From an uncultured Desulfobacterales bacterium (lineage in GTDB: Bacteria > Desulfobacterota > Desulfobacteria > Desulfobacterales > B30-G6): DNA of 64,000 nt. Position 1 is the first letter of the stretch, and each line of letters starts with the position of its first letter. Position numbers and translations under genes: made by a program. A model generated the notes under the pieces. That model had not been told where the DNA came from and searched no databases. It was given only the letters and a program-made list of their open reading frames with translations. The DNA is taken from positions 13,091 through 77,090 of the forward strand of contig CAZWEO010000006.1 of assembly GCA_964633115.1 (NCBI GenBank). The letters run 5' to 3'. Positions 50,180 to 59,299 of this stretch are shown here, in pieces.

Positions 50180-50764
50180 TTAATCTCCGAAATATTTTGC
50201 CAAGGCCGCTTTAAGCCTGCATCTGCCCCGGTAAATTAAGGTTTTAATGTGGTTTTCAGATCGATCCATTTGCTGGCCTATTTCCTGATAACTAAACTCC
50301 CCTTCTACACGCAGGAGCAATGCTGCGCGTTGGTCGTCTGGGAGTTGGGCCATGGCTTTTAGAACCATGTGTCTTTGCTCTTCCTGATCTAGAAGTTCGT
50401 CAGGGCGTTCCGGCCTATGCCCAGACTGACGGTTGATTGTAGCTTCATATTTTTTTGAATCGGTCCCATCCAATGACTCGGATCGTATCTTATAACCGGG
50501 TCGTCTGATCTCATTCAAACAGACATTGGTTGCAATCTTGAAAAGCCAAGTTCGAAAACGAGCCTTGGGGTAATAACGGGCTGCAGCACGGTAAACCCGT
50601 ATAAACGTTTCCTGGGCCAGCTCCTCGGCCACACGCTCATCTCCGCAGAAACGATGACAAAAGAGAATTACGCCATTCTTATGACGATCAAACAGTTGTC
50701 GGAAGGCGTCTGAGTCACCGTCCTTAAACCGAAGCATCAAAGCCACATCCGGATCTGTCTGCAT
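50180..50764 (-). CDS. ECF sigma factor
   Basis: AEELAQETF, FRTWLFKIATN, FSYQEI, IKTLIYRGR. Confidence 0.94.
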   Translation of the reverse strand: MQTDPDVALMLRFKDGDSDAFRQLFDRHKNGVILFCHRFCGDERVAEELAQETFIRVYRAAARYYPKARFRTWLFKIATNVCLNEIRRPGYKIRSESLDGTDSKKYEATINRQSGHRPERPDELLDQEEQRHMVLKAMAQLPDDQRAALLLRVEGEFSYQEIGQQMDRSENHIKTLIYRGRCRLKAALAKYFGD

Positions 50765-50772
50765 ATATTGTT

Positions 50773-50800
50773 TAAACCCGGCTCGCTAAAAAAAGTTACA
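50773..50800 (-). promoter_or_regulatory. Putative autoregulatory ECF promoter
   Basis: TGTAAC-N15-GGGTTTA just upstream of the sigma ATG. Confidence 0.65.
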
Positions 50801-52093
50801 CGTCAATCCCAATGATAATAATGATGCCGCCTCAGGCGTCTGACCTTCCTGGTCTTCAAAAAAATTGCCATATTCAAAATGGGCATACGCCAGATTGAGT
50901 TCATATCTTTGTAAAAAAGTATATTGAAAACGAAGGTCAAACTCCCAGCCATATTGGTCGCGATCATCCTGGGGTGCATCATATGGATAAAGTATCGCTG
51001 CAGTCGACTCAATTAGGGCGTCATTAAATGGTGCTAGCGTTAGTTGGATACCGGGAGCCTTGACGCCATAAAAGGTGCCCCCACCATAGGTCAATACGCC
51101 TTCAATGCTACTGTCTTGCCATTCTGGATCAAAAAAAATTAGCAAGCGTGAATTATATGGCAGGGGCGAGATAAACGTCGTCAGAGTGTCCTCCCGAAAC
51201 GAGTCGTCGCCTGTGGCCGTAAAGAAAAAAAATGCCATGCTGAGACGGTCATTCAGATTGGTTTCTAACGAGATATCGGCTAAATAGGCAGCAATGTCCC
51301 GCTTGGTCTCCCCCGTCAGATGGTCAAACTTCACCTGGCCGCCTTCATAAATTGTGTGTAATCGTAATTGTGTATTGCCCAAAAAAACTTCAGCCGACAC
51401 TCCCAGCCACCAAAGTTCACTGTCGCTGGTGGGCTCCAATAGCTGAAATCGATCAGGCAAGGTATGCGCAAAGGCATCATCCTGGTCTTGAAACCAGGCT
51501 CCGAAAAGGTTTACTTGCTCAAAAAGTCCAGGTTCATAAGCCAGCGTCATTCCCAACATAGGGGAATGATCCATTATCCGCGCTGCTTGCAAATGCCATT
51601 TCCAGGGAGACTGATGTACCGTCAATGACATGGCCGGGGCATCATCGATACAGATCAATCCATTACCGAACACCACGGGCTGCAACCCCACAATGGTCTG
51701 TAGAGGCGCCTTGCCCATATTGATATAGGCGTTGGTTATCGTATCTTCTTGATCCTCTTCTAGGTTACTGTAAGTTTGCTCGCCATTGTCATCAAATTCC
51801 CACTGCAAATCCCCACGCAAATAAGCAAAAATGTCCTTTTCAAAAAACAGCATCAGTGACGGTGTTATGCTTAAAAGATCCTCATCCAGATCCCGGTCAT
51901 ATTCGCCCGATATGCCATCAAGATAATTAGTTTGGCTGACATAGGTATTCCGCAATTCAAGATCGATTTGCGATTCTAAGGCCCAGGCATCAATGCCCCC
52001 CAGAATCAGCATGATTAACAGCGGCAACATCCAACAGCTGCGTTCATATGGTTTATACGAACTATGCATGAATGGAATCTTTTTTATCAGCAA
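50786..52093 (-). CDS. Outer-membrane beta-barrel protein (start uncertain)
   Basis: Signal peptide, amphipathic strands, GWEFDL, C-terminal Phe. Confidence 0.72.
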   Translation of the reverse strand: MLIKKIPFMHSSYKPYERSCWMLPLLIMLILGGIDAWALESQIDLELRNTYVSQTNYLDGISGEYDRDLDEDLLSITPSLMLFFEKDIFAYLRGDLQWEFDDNGEQTYSNLEEDQEDTITNAYINMGKAPLQTIVGLQPVVFGNGLICIDDAPAMSLTVHQSPWKWHLQAARIMDHSPMLGMTLAYEPGLFEQVNLFGAWFQDQDDAFAHTLPDRFQLLEPTSDSELWWLGVSAEVFLGNTQLRLHTIYEGGQVKFDHLTGETKRDIAAYLADISLETNLNDRLSMAFFFFTATGDDSFREDTLTTFISPLPYNSRLLIFFDPEWQDSSIEGVLTYGGGTFYGVKAPGIQLTLAPFNDALIESTAAILYPYDAPQDDRDQYGWEFDLRFQYTFLQRYELNLAYAHFEYGNFFEDQEGQTPEAASLLSLGLTCNFF

Positions 52094-52095
52094 AT

Positions 52096-52123
52096 TGTAA
52101 CTTTTTCCAGCCCGACGTGTTTA
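52096..52123 (+). promoter_or_regulatory. Putative ECF promoter of the lipoprotein gene
   Basis: TGTAAC-N15-GTGTTTA, same layout as 50773-50800. Confidence 0.62.
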
Positions 52124-52301
52124 TCCCTATTAGATCGCAAGGTTTTTGAAACCACGCAGGGTTGATGCCCTGATAAGGTCTCAATGAGCGGCCATTAGGT
52201 CTCGAAATTGAAATCGATATCGGTATCGGTATCGAAACTGCCCAAACGCGAGTTGTCACGAGCACATTTTTACAAAATGTAAACGAAACCGGAGGGGTAT
52301 T

Positions 52302-54170
52302 ATGCATACTTTTTGTTTAAACCAAATTCGATCACTCAAATTTCTAGCCGTGATAATGGTAACGGTTTTTTCATTATTAGCCTGTGCTGGCGATGGAAAT
52401 GACACAGGCACCGATGATAGCGACCAGAGCGGTGACGTCACCATTAGCCTGACGGATGCGGTTGGCGATTTTGCCACTTACAGTGTCGATGTGGTCTCTC
52501 TAACCCTAACCAAGGCCAATGGCACCGAGATCTCATCCCTGCCTCTCTCCACACGAATCGATTTTACCCAGTATACAGACATGACCGAATTTCTGACTGT
52601 AGCTACCGTCCCGTCGGGCGTTTATGTGGCCGCCACCCTGACCCTGGATTATACCAATGCCGATATATGGGTAGAAGATGAAGTCGGAGTACTGGTGCAG
52701 ATACAGGAAATTGTTGATGAGGATGACAATCCACTGATCCTGGTGGAAATGACGGTTCAACTGGAAGACCGCAACCAACTGGTCATTGCACCGGGTATCC
52801 CCATGCATTTGCAGTTGGATTTCGATTTGCAAGCCACAAACAAAGTTGAATTTGAAGAACCGGATGATCCCAAACTGATCGTTGATCCCTATCTGGTTGC
52901 AGATGTTAATCGGGTTAGTTCAAAAATTCACCGTCTACGCGGACTACTGGATGAAGTCATCCCGGAAGAACAATCCTTTACGGTCTTCATTCGGCCCTTT
53001 TATACTGCCCTGACTGGAAAACATCACCGTTTTGGACGCATGACAGTCGTGACGGACGAAGAGACGCTCTATGATCTCAATGGCGGGACCTATCAAGGAG
53101 AAGAAGGTCTGAAAGCCATGCAGGACCTCGATCCCCTGACAGCGATAGTTGTTTTGGGTGATCTCAAATTTAATCCTTTACGCTTTGATGCCAAACAGGT
53201 ATTTGCCGGCTCCAGTGTGCCCTGGGGTGATCAGGATGTGATTTCCGGAACGGTAATCGCCCGCCAGGACAATGAGTTAACCGTCAAAGGTTGCACCCTG
53301 GTGCAAGACGACGGCAGCATCATTTTCCATGATACGGTGACTGTAACCGTCGGAGACGAAACCCGTGTAACCCGCCAGCTCTCCAACCAGAGTTTCACTA
53401 TTCAAGATATCTCCGTGGGTCAAAGGGTCACTATTTTTGGCACCCTCACCCAGGATCAACCGCTGAACTTAGCCTTGGACGCCACCCAGGGACGGGTGCA
53501 CATGAAGCTCACAACTGTCCGGGGTACTGTTATTGAAGTCGATGAAGACAATCCTGTTGCGCAGATAAACCTTGACCTACAATCCATCAACCGCCATCGT
53601 GTGACCATCTTTGATTTCAGTGGTACAGGTATCGATCCTACCTACAATGCCGATCCCAGCGATTATGAGGTCAATACCGGTGCCTTAGATCTTAACAAAC
53701 TGGAACTGGGTGATCCCATCAAGGTGCGCGGTTTTGTGCAGCCCTTTGGTGCGGCCCCTCCCGATTTCAATGCCCAAACCATCATCAGCGTTGCCGATGT
53801 ACGTGCTTTTATGAAGGTCAAGTGGCAGCCCGCCAGCATGGAAGCGTTCACTTCCATATTACCTGACAGTCTGACATTGAACCTGGATGGCGTTGGCTGG
53901 CCCCATCACGTCTACCGTAGTTGGGTCGCTACTGATTTGACCGAGCTGGATCAGCCCACAACGATCCAGCCTTTAGAAGATGGGAGCGGCCTCTTTATCA
54001 TTCACTATGGTAGCGTATTCGAGCTGTTCTTAAACTTTGAAGATTTTAGCGCGGATCTGCAAAACATTATCGAAGAAGGTTGGGCTGTTCACAAGGTCTG
54101 GGCCCGGGGCGCATTTGACGATGCCAGTGCCACCCTGACTGCCAACATGGTGGATGTGCACCTTAAATAA
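52302..54170 (+). CDS. DUF4382-like beta-rich lipoprotein
   Basis: LLAC lipobox, ISLTDA, VPSGVY, LDFDL. Confidence 0.8.
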   Translation: MHTFCLNQIRSLKFLAVIMVTVFSLLACAGDGNDTGTDDSDQSGDVTISLTDAVGDFATYSVDVVSLTLTKANGTEISSLPLSTRIDFTQYTDMTEFLTVATVPSGVYVAATLTLDYTNADIWVEDEVGVLVQIQEIVDEDDNPLILVEMTVQLEDRNQLVIAPGIPMHLQLDFDLQATNKVEFEEPDDPKLIVDPYLVADVNRVSSKIHRLRGLLDEVIPEEQSFTVFIRPFYTALTGKHHRFGRMTVVTDEETLYDLNGGTYQGEEGLKAMQDLDPLTAIVVLGDLKFNPLRFDAKQVFAGSSVPWGDQDVISGTVIARQDNELTVKGCTLVQDDGSIIFHDTVTVTVGDETRVTRQLSNQSFTIQDISVGQRVTIFGTLTQDQPLNLALDATQGRVHMKLTTVRGTVIEVDEDNPVAQINLDLQSINRHRVTIFDFSGTGIDPTYNADPSDYEVNTGALDLNKLELGDPIKVRGFVQPFGAAPPDFNAQTIISVADVRAFMKVKWQPASMEAFTSILPDSLTLNLDGVGWPHHVYRSWVATDLTELDQPTTIQPLEDGSGLFIIHYGSVFELFLNFEDFSADLQNIIEEGWAVHKVWARGAFDDASATLTANMVDVHLK

Positions 54171-54194
54171 AATCGCTTTGCGATTTTATGGTAT

Positions 54195-54239
54195 GAAATA
54201 AATAATGCTCTGCCGTTTCGGCAGAGCATTATTTATTTC
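54195..54239. terminator. Bidirectional terminator
   Basis: aaataatgctctgccg-ttt-cggcagagcattattt. Confidence 0.8.
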
Positions 54240-54802
54240 TTTTTGAGCTTAAGCCATCGCTTGGCATCTCCATTGCCCATGCTGGCTGCTTTGCGAATAT
54301 TCTGGACGCCTTTTCTTTTTTTCCCCATCTTTATCAGCGTGGCCCCGCGTTCGAAATAAACCCTTGAGATACCAGAATCTATTTGGACGACAGTGTTGAA
54401 ATCTTTCAAAGACTTTCTATATTCGCCGGTTTTTCGATAAGCCCTGCCACGATGGTAGTAATAAAACCATTTGGGATTGGCCTCGACACGGGCCTTGAGA
54501 CGATAGATTTTACCGTCCCAAGATTCCTCCAGGATCTCAGTTTTTACAATTCCGGCGCTGAAAGATACGATTTCATCCCTGGTAATCTGGTGATCGGTCA
54601 CCACGGTATTGCTTTCTAAATAGGTTCCCAGTCTTTCCACCAGGATCCGTTTGACCTGTAGCAGCGAGATGGAGCGACAGGTCAGCTTGCTGTCAGCTTC
54701 ACCTGCGTCATAGTCATATTGTTCCACAAATGAAATTGCTTGAGCACACGGATTGAATCCGAACATCAGGCAAATCAATCCGAAAAATAGGATCTTTTTC
54801 AT
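54233..54802 (-). CDS. Exported TPR-containing protein, possibly internally deleted
   Basis: Signal peptide; YYHRGRAY and YFERG TPR units; KAASMGN. Confidence 0.7.
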   Translation of the reverse strand: MKKILFFGLICLMFGFNPCAQAISFVEQYDYDAGEADSKLTCRSISLLQVKRILVERLGTYLESNTVVTDHQITRDEIVSFSAGIVKTEILEESWDGKIYRLKARVEANPKWFYYYHRGRAYRKTGEYRKSLKDFNTVVQIDSGISRVYFERGATLIKMGKKRKGVQNIRKAASMGNGDAKRWLKLKKK

Positions 54803-55258
54803 TGTTTGGTTCCTCCGTAGGCAAATGGGGCAGGTTCAATCATGGATTCCCTCAGTTTTAACTGCTTCAGGTTTTCTATTTTGTCAACACTGTTCACATG
54901 TTTTGGTCGCAATCTTAAATATAATCTAAAATTATCAGAGGTAATCCGCGCCCACATCACCTTATACTGTGCTTTGGATTTTTTTAGTTATCGTCCCGGA
55001 ATCATGGCTTTTACTTTTGCTATGAAACCGCCTAAAATCTTAGTACGCAAGGTTACCTGTGTTAATTTTCCAAAGAATTTTGGCATTACTTATCCCTTCG
55101 TTTTTCAATATAATATTTTTAAACCGGACCTAATCCGATTTTTTTCCATCTTAAGCTAATTTGACCATATAAATATATTGGTAGGTCGGCTTAAAAACTT
55201 TAATTAAAAAACGATATTATAGAATTTAGTTTAACGGCCTCGAGGAGTTCTAGATAGG

Positions 55259-55345
55259 AAAAAAATGTGGCTCCGGTCCCATCAAACCGGAGCCACAAGA
55301 CGAAAGGAGGTATGAAGGAGGGCTAGATTTATGCCCTATGGCGGT
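55259..55345 (-). ncRNA. Candidate small RNA with anti-Shine-Dalgarno motifs
   Basis: Upstream TTGACA/TATAAA, 5' hairpin agggc/gccct, two CCTCCTT motifs, 12-bp terminator stem plus T-run; no ORF. Confidence 0.55.
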
Positions 55346-55789
55346 ACATTTATACCATATATAGTACATTGTCAAGCATTTTTATCAATATATGGTACAA
55401 TTTATGGTACAATTTATATGCAATTATATGCAATTAATATCATATTTATGGAATGTATGGCGAAATTAATAGATCACCCATGCATTAAATTGCGAAATGT
55501 CAATTAGGCAAAATGAAAAGGCTTCCCTGAATGCCGTTATTTTATCCAGTGCATCTTTTTATTTGTTTTTTTGAGGATCACTGGATTAAAAGATGCACGT
55601 ACATTCGAGAAGCCTATTAAATGCCATCCCTTGCCTTTATACTTGATAGGCATTTGGTACGCTGTTTTATGTATAACTATAGAATAATGTCTCTCGGGAG
55701 TATGTCAATTAACGCTTTTACGGTTGAAAACCGGTTGTGTGTGCTCCGCGAGTTATGTGAAAATAATTTATACCTTTTTAAAGTGGTTT

Positions 55790-56920
55790 TTAATTAATAG
55801 CTCGTGCCAGCCGCTCAACACCTTCTTTCAAATCATTTTGTCTATAGTACGCAAAACACAGCCGTAGATGGTCGCGCAAACCCTGCGCGCATGAAAATCT
55901 AATCCCAGGTTGATACACTACCTTATGTGACTTGGAATCGGCCAGCAATAATTCGCTATCAGCACCTTTTATCAATCGTGCCCAGATAAAATACCCGCCG
56001 GACGGTTCCCTAAAATGTAGAGTAGGTATCTTCAAACTTAATGCGTCACACAGGGTGGCCATGCGATTTTGATAAATTTCTTTAAGTTTTTTCAGATAGG
56101 ATTCTTGCAGGCCCAATTCTATTACGCTACTCACAATGCTGGAAACAAATGGATTCAATCCGCCACCGCTATCCAGATAGCCACACCCCGTAAATGGCGA
56201 CAGCAATTTGTTTTTGGCGTGCATCCAACCCAGTTTTAATCCCGGCGCGAGGATTTTGGAAAATGATCCCAATGAAAGAACCCTTTCGCCTACATCGAAA
56301 TATGTCATGGGGGGTGGGGGTGTAGACGTGTAATTCAGCAATTGATAGACTTCATCTGCGATGATAAAAAAATCATATTTCTCACTTAGGTCGATGAGTT
56401 TCTCTCGTCGTTTTGCAGAAAGGGTGACACCGGCTGGATTGTGGAAAACCGGTACGGTATAGATAAAAACCGGGTTGTGTTTCTTCAGCTTTTCTTCCAA
56501 GGCATCGATGATGAGACCATCTTCATCAATTGGCGTTCCGATGACATTTAGTTTGTAATCCGCAAAAATGCGCAGTGCCAGAAAATAGGAAGGCTCTTCA
56601 ACGATTACCGTATCACCCGGACGCGTTTTAAGTCCGCAAATCATATCCAACGCTTGGGAAACGCCACCGGTAATAAAAAGATGATCCGGGTCGACCGGCC
56701 TCTCGTATTGGGCGCTTAAAAAACCAGCCAAGGAGATTCTAAAATTACCATTGCCCTGTTCTATACCGTACTGCAATATACCGCGGTCCTTTTGCTGGAA
56801 TCGATGATTCGCGGCTTGCTCCAATAATTCTATGGGAAGATTGTCTATTTGCGGTTGCCCGATCCCGAGATCAATCCAATCTTTGGGAACACTTACTTGA
56901 ATCACCTGTGCTTTCGTCAT
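55790..56920 (-). CDS. PLP-dependent aminotransferase, class I/II (MocR/LysN-like)
   Basis: LQYG, HNPAG, DEVY, GSFSKILAPGLKLGW. Confidence 0.92.
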   Translation of the reverse strand: MTKAQVIQVSVPKDWIDLGIGQPQIDNLPIELLEQAANHRFQQKDRGILQYGIEQGNGNFRISLAGFLSAQYERPVDPDHLFITGGVSQALDMICGLKTRPGDTVIVEEPSYFLALRIFADYKLNVIGTPIDEDGLIIDALEEKLKKHNPVFIYTVPVFHNPAGVTLSAKRREKLIDLSEKYDFFIIADEVYQLLNYTSTPPPPMTYFDVGERVLSLGSFSKILAPGLKLGWMHAKNKLLSPFTGCGYLDSGGGLNPFVSSIVSSVIELGLQESYLKKLKEIYQNRMATLCDALSLKIPTLHFREPSGGYFIWARLIKGADSELLLADSKSHKVVYQPGIRFSCAQGLRDHLRLCFAYYRQNDLKEGVERLARAIN

Positions 56921-57430
56921 TAGGTTTCCTCCGTGATCTCCTGAGCCTTATTCAACACCTTTTCCACAAAATCACTATCACCCAAAATACGTTCATCGCC
57001 CTTCATCAAGCTATTCGTCTTGCGCATTGCTTTAACAGCTGACCAACCGCCCATACTCCGGATAAGACCACCACCCCTCAGTTCAGGTCGCTTTCCTTCG
57101 TTAATACCTTTGTTGATAAAGGCACGGTAACGTCGACGTGCGGTGGATATATTGCTCTCAAAAAGCGACAAGACATATTCAGTATCCTGTCAGCAACCGC
57201 CGCATCACGGTCGTGATCGGAGCATTTCCTGTTCGTAACAGCAGATGAAAATGATTGGGGATACCTGCCCAGGCAAAGCAGGCCGTATTGGTATCGATCA
57301 AAATTTTACTGAGCCGATTTACTAAATTATCCTGATCTTCATTATCATAAAATATATTTCGACGTGCGATACATCTTACTATGATGTGATGCAGCGCACC
57401 CGGGGAATCTATGCGGGATTTTCTGGGCAT
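56920..57430 (-). pseudogene. HUH (Y1) REP-associated tyrosine transposase remnant with internal deletion
   Basis: MPRKSRID...HHIIVR...PNHFHLL...RRLLTGY* then an out-of-frame C-terminal piece GGGLIRSMGGW...DERILGDSDFV. Confidence 0.82.
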
Positions 57431-57764
57431 GAAAATTTAATAGCGAGGTAGCAATCGTGTGTCAACCAATAATCCAATGGACGTTAATTCTTACTTTGCA
57501 GGATATCGTCTTTTTGATGATACGTAGACTCTGCTATAATTTCTTCTCAGCATATCATTCAATGCCCTTGAAATTGATGATTGCTTAAAAGCCTACAAAT
57601 CACTACGACAACCGAAGAAGAGCGATAATATAATATTTCACAACCTTATTGCAGGGACTAAAATTAAAGGATAAATTCTTGATGCTCCACTAAAAGAGTA
57701 AAAATTTTGAATCTAGTGACAAGAAAATAGCATACATTACAGCCGATTAGTTTGAAAGAATTGA

Positions 57765-58031
57765 TTATATAAACCTTGCTCCAAAGCCCCACTCATCTGA
57801 CCAATCGATCTCTGCGGGCTTGACAGTATGGTTGTCTTCACATTGCATTGATATGAATATTGTTTTTCCCTTTAGGTGGTAAGATGAGTTTCGCGTTCTA
57901 ATAAGAACTCCATCATTGCCAAGGGAATCAATTCTGCCGGTATATTTATTATCATCAATATTAATTATGACTTCTCTTTTCCATATATTCCCTTTACATG
58001 TTCTAACATCTTTATGCATCATCTCCTCCAT
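57765..58031 (-). CDS. Degenerate PilZ-like protein
   Basis: TGRIDSLGNDGVLI...AEIDWSDEWGFGARF; lacks a clear RxxxR. Confidence 0.55.
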   Translation of the reverse strand: MEEMMHKDVRTCKGNIWKREVIINIDDNKYTGRIDSLGNDGVLIRTRNSSYHLKGKTIFISMQCEDNHTVKPAEIDWSDEWGFGARFI

Positions 58032-58068
58032 AAGGAACCTCTAATGTTAGGCTATTTTTAACTATAGC

Positions 58069-58086
58069 TAGCAAAATTCATGCCGA
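58069..58086 (-). promoter_or_regulatory. Putative sigma54 promoter
   Basis: TCGGCATG-N4-TTGCT on the minus strand. Confidence 0.6.
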
Positions 58087-58274
58087 GATCTCACAACCAT
58101 CTAAACTTATGATTAACAACACTTTTAGAAGAATACTATAAATTTCGGCCACAGAGATTATAACGTAGATTACATAATTATCTATCAAGATGTTACTAAA
58201 AGTTGACACCGTCAGGTCAGAATTGTAATCTTGTAAATAAAACATTATTAACACCAAACTATAAGGAGAATAAA

Positions 58275-58421
58275 ATGGTAGATAAAAGAAGTGGTAATGA
58301 CCGAAGGATTAATCCAGACAGAAGAAAAGGTGAAAGATCTTCCTACAACGGTTCTGAAAAGAGGGAAATAGAATATCGGAGACTCGAGATAAGCAGGAGG
58401 GAAAAGGAAATTTCAGATTGA
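58275..58421 (+). CDS. Small Arg-rich protein with repeated DRR-type motifs
   Basis: aaggag RBS; MVDKRSGNDRRINPDRRKG... Confidence 0.6.
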   Translation: MVDKRSGNDRRINPDRRKGERSSYNGSEKREIEYRRLEISRREKEISD

Positions 58422-58990
58422 GATTTCAATGGTTGAATGTAAATACGCCTTTATAAACGATGCGCCTACTTAATCCATTAGAATAATTTGCATTCACGTC
58501 ATCAACCTCTATCTAAAAGTTTGCTATTGTTACCAATGGCTGAACAGATGCACTATGAATTCTCTTCAACTTGGCCGATTAGTTTTTGTAAGGCGTTTTC
58601 AGAATCTGGCAAGGACGTGGTGTTGAAACCCAAATATCGGCATGTTATTGCTTAACCAGACAGTTAGGCAGCCCTGACCCCCTCCGGCCAATGACTCGAA
58701 TATGGCCACTCAACCAAATATAGCCGTCTGAAAAGCAGGCTGTGACAACAACATTACATCCAACCCTGCTACGGCGAGCTTATACAAAATCCAAGCATCA
58801 AATCCAACCTTATTACAAATATTCCTAGATCAACATCCTCTCCCGATCTATTAGTAGTTGCCAGGGCATTGTCTGCTGCCTACTGTTTTATTTGCAATAA
58901 ATCTACAATTAGCAATTTCAGTTGTGTTCTCATCATAGCTTTGATATTCTCCTAATTTCGAGTTGATAGAATCGTAAAAAGTTTTAAATA

Positions 58991-59115
58991 GACGGTTTCG
59001 TAAAAAGTTCAAATTCAAGGCGTGCAAATTTCGTAATTATGAGGCGTACTTATTGTACGTTGAATGAGTGCGAAGTGAAGCACAACACAGAAGTTGGTCT
59101 TTTTATAAATCCGTC
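58991..59115. mobile_element. MITE-like element related to 24755-24834
   Basis: Termini gacggtttcgtaaaaag...ctttttataaatccgtc. Confidence 0.65.
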
Positions 59116-59299
59116 TTGGATTGTGGATGATATACCCATTGTCGCAAATATGTTCCGAATCAACACTTAATCTAAAGTAACCGGAATATTATGCCGACAA
59201 CTCCTGTAGAACGATCATGCGCTAGATTTGCAAAACGATGTGTTAACCTGATTTCTCCGCTATGATTCGCTGTTCATAAAATCGTGTGACGATTTTATT

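Noticed and set aside
52202-52237. Degenerate 6-bp repeat run (atcggt/atcgaa)
   Set aside because: Real but short and unpaired; no function can be supported.
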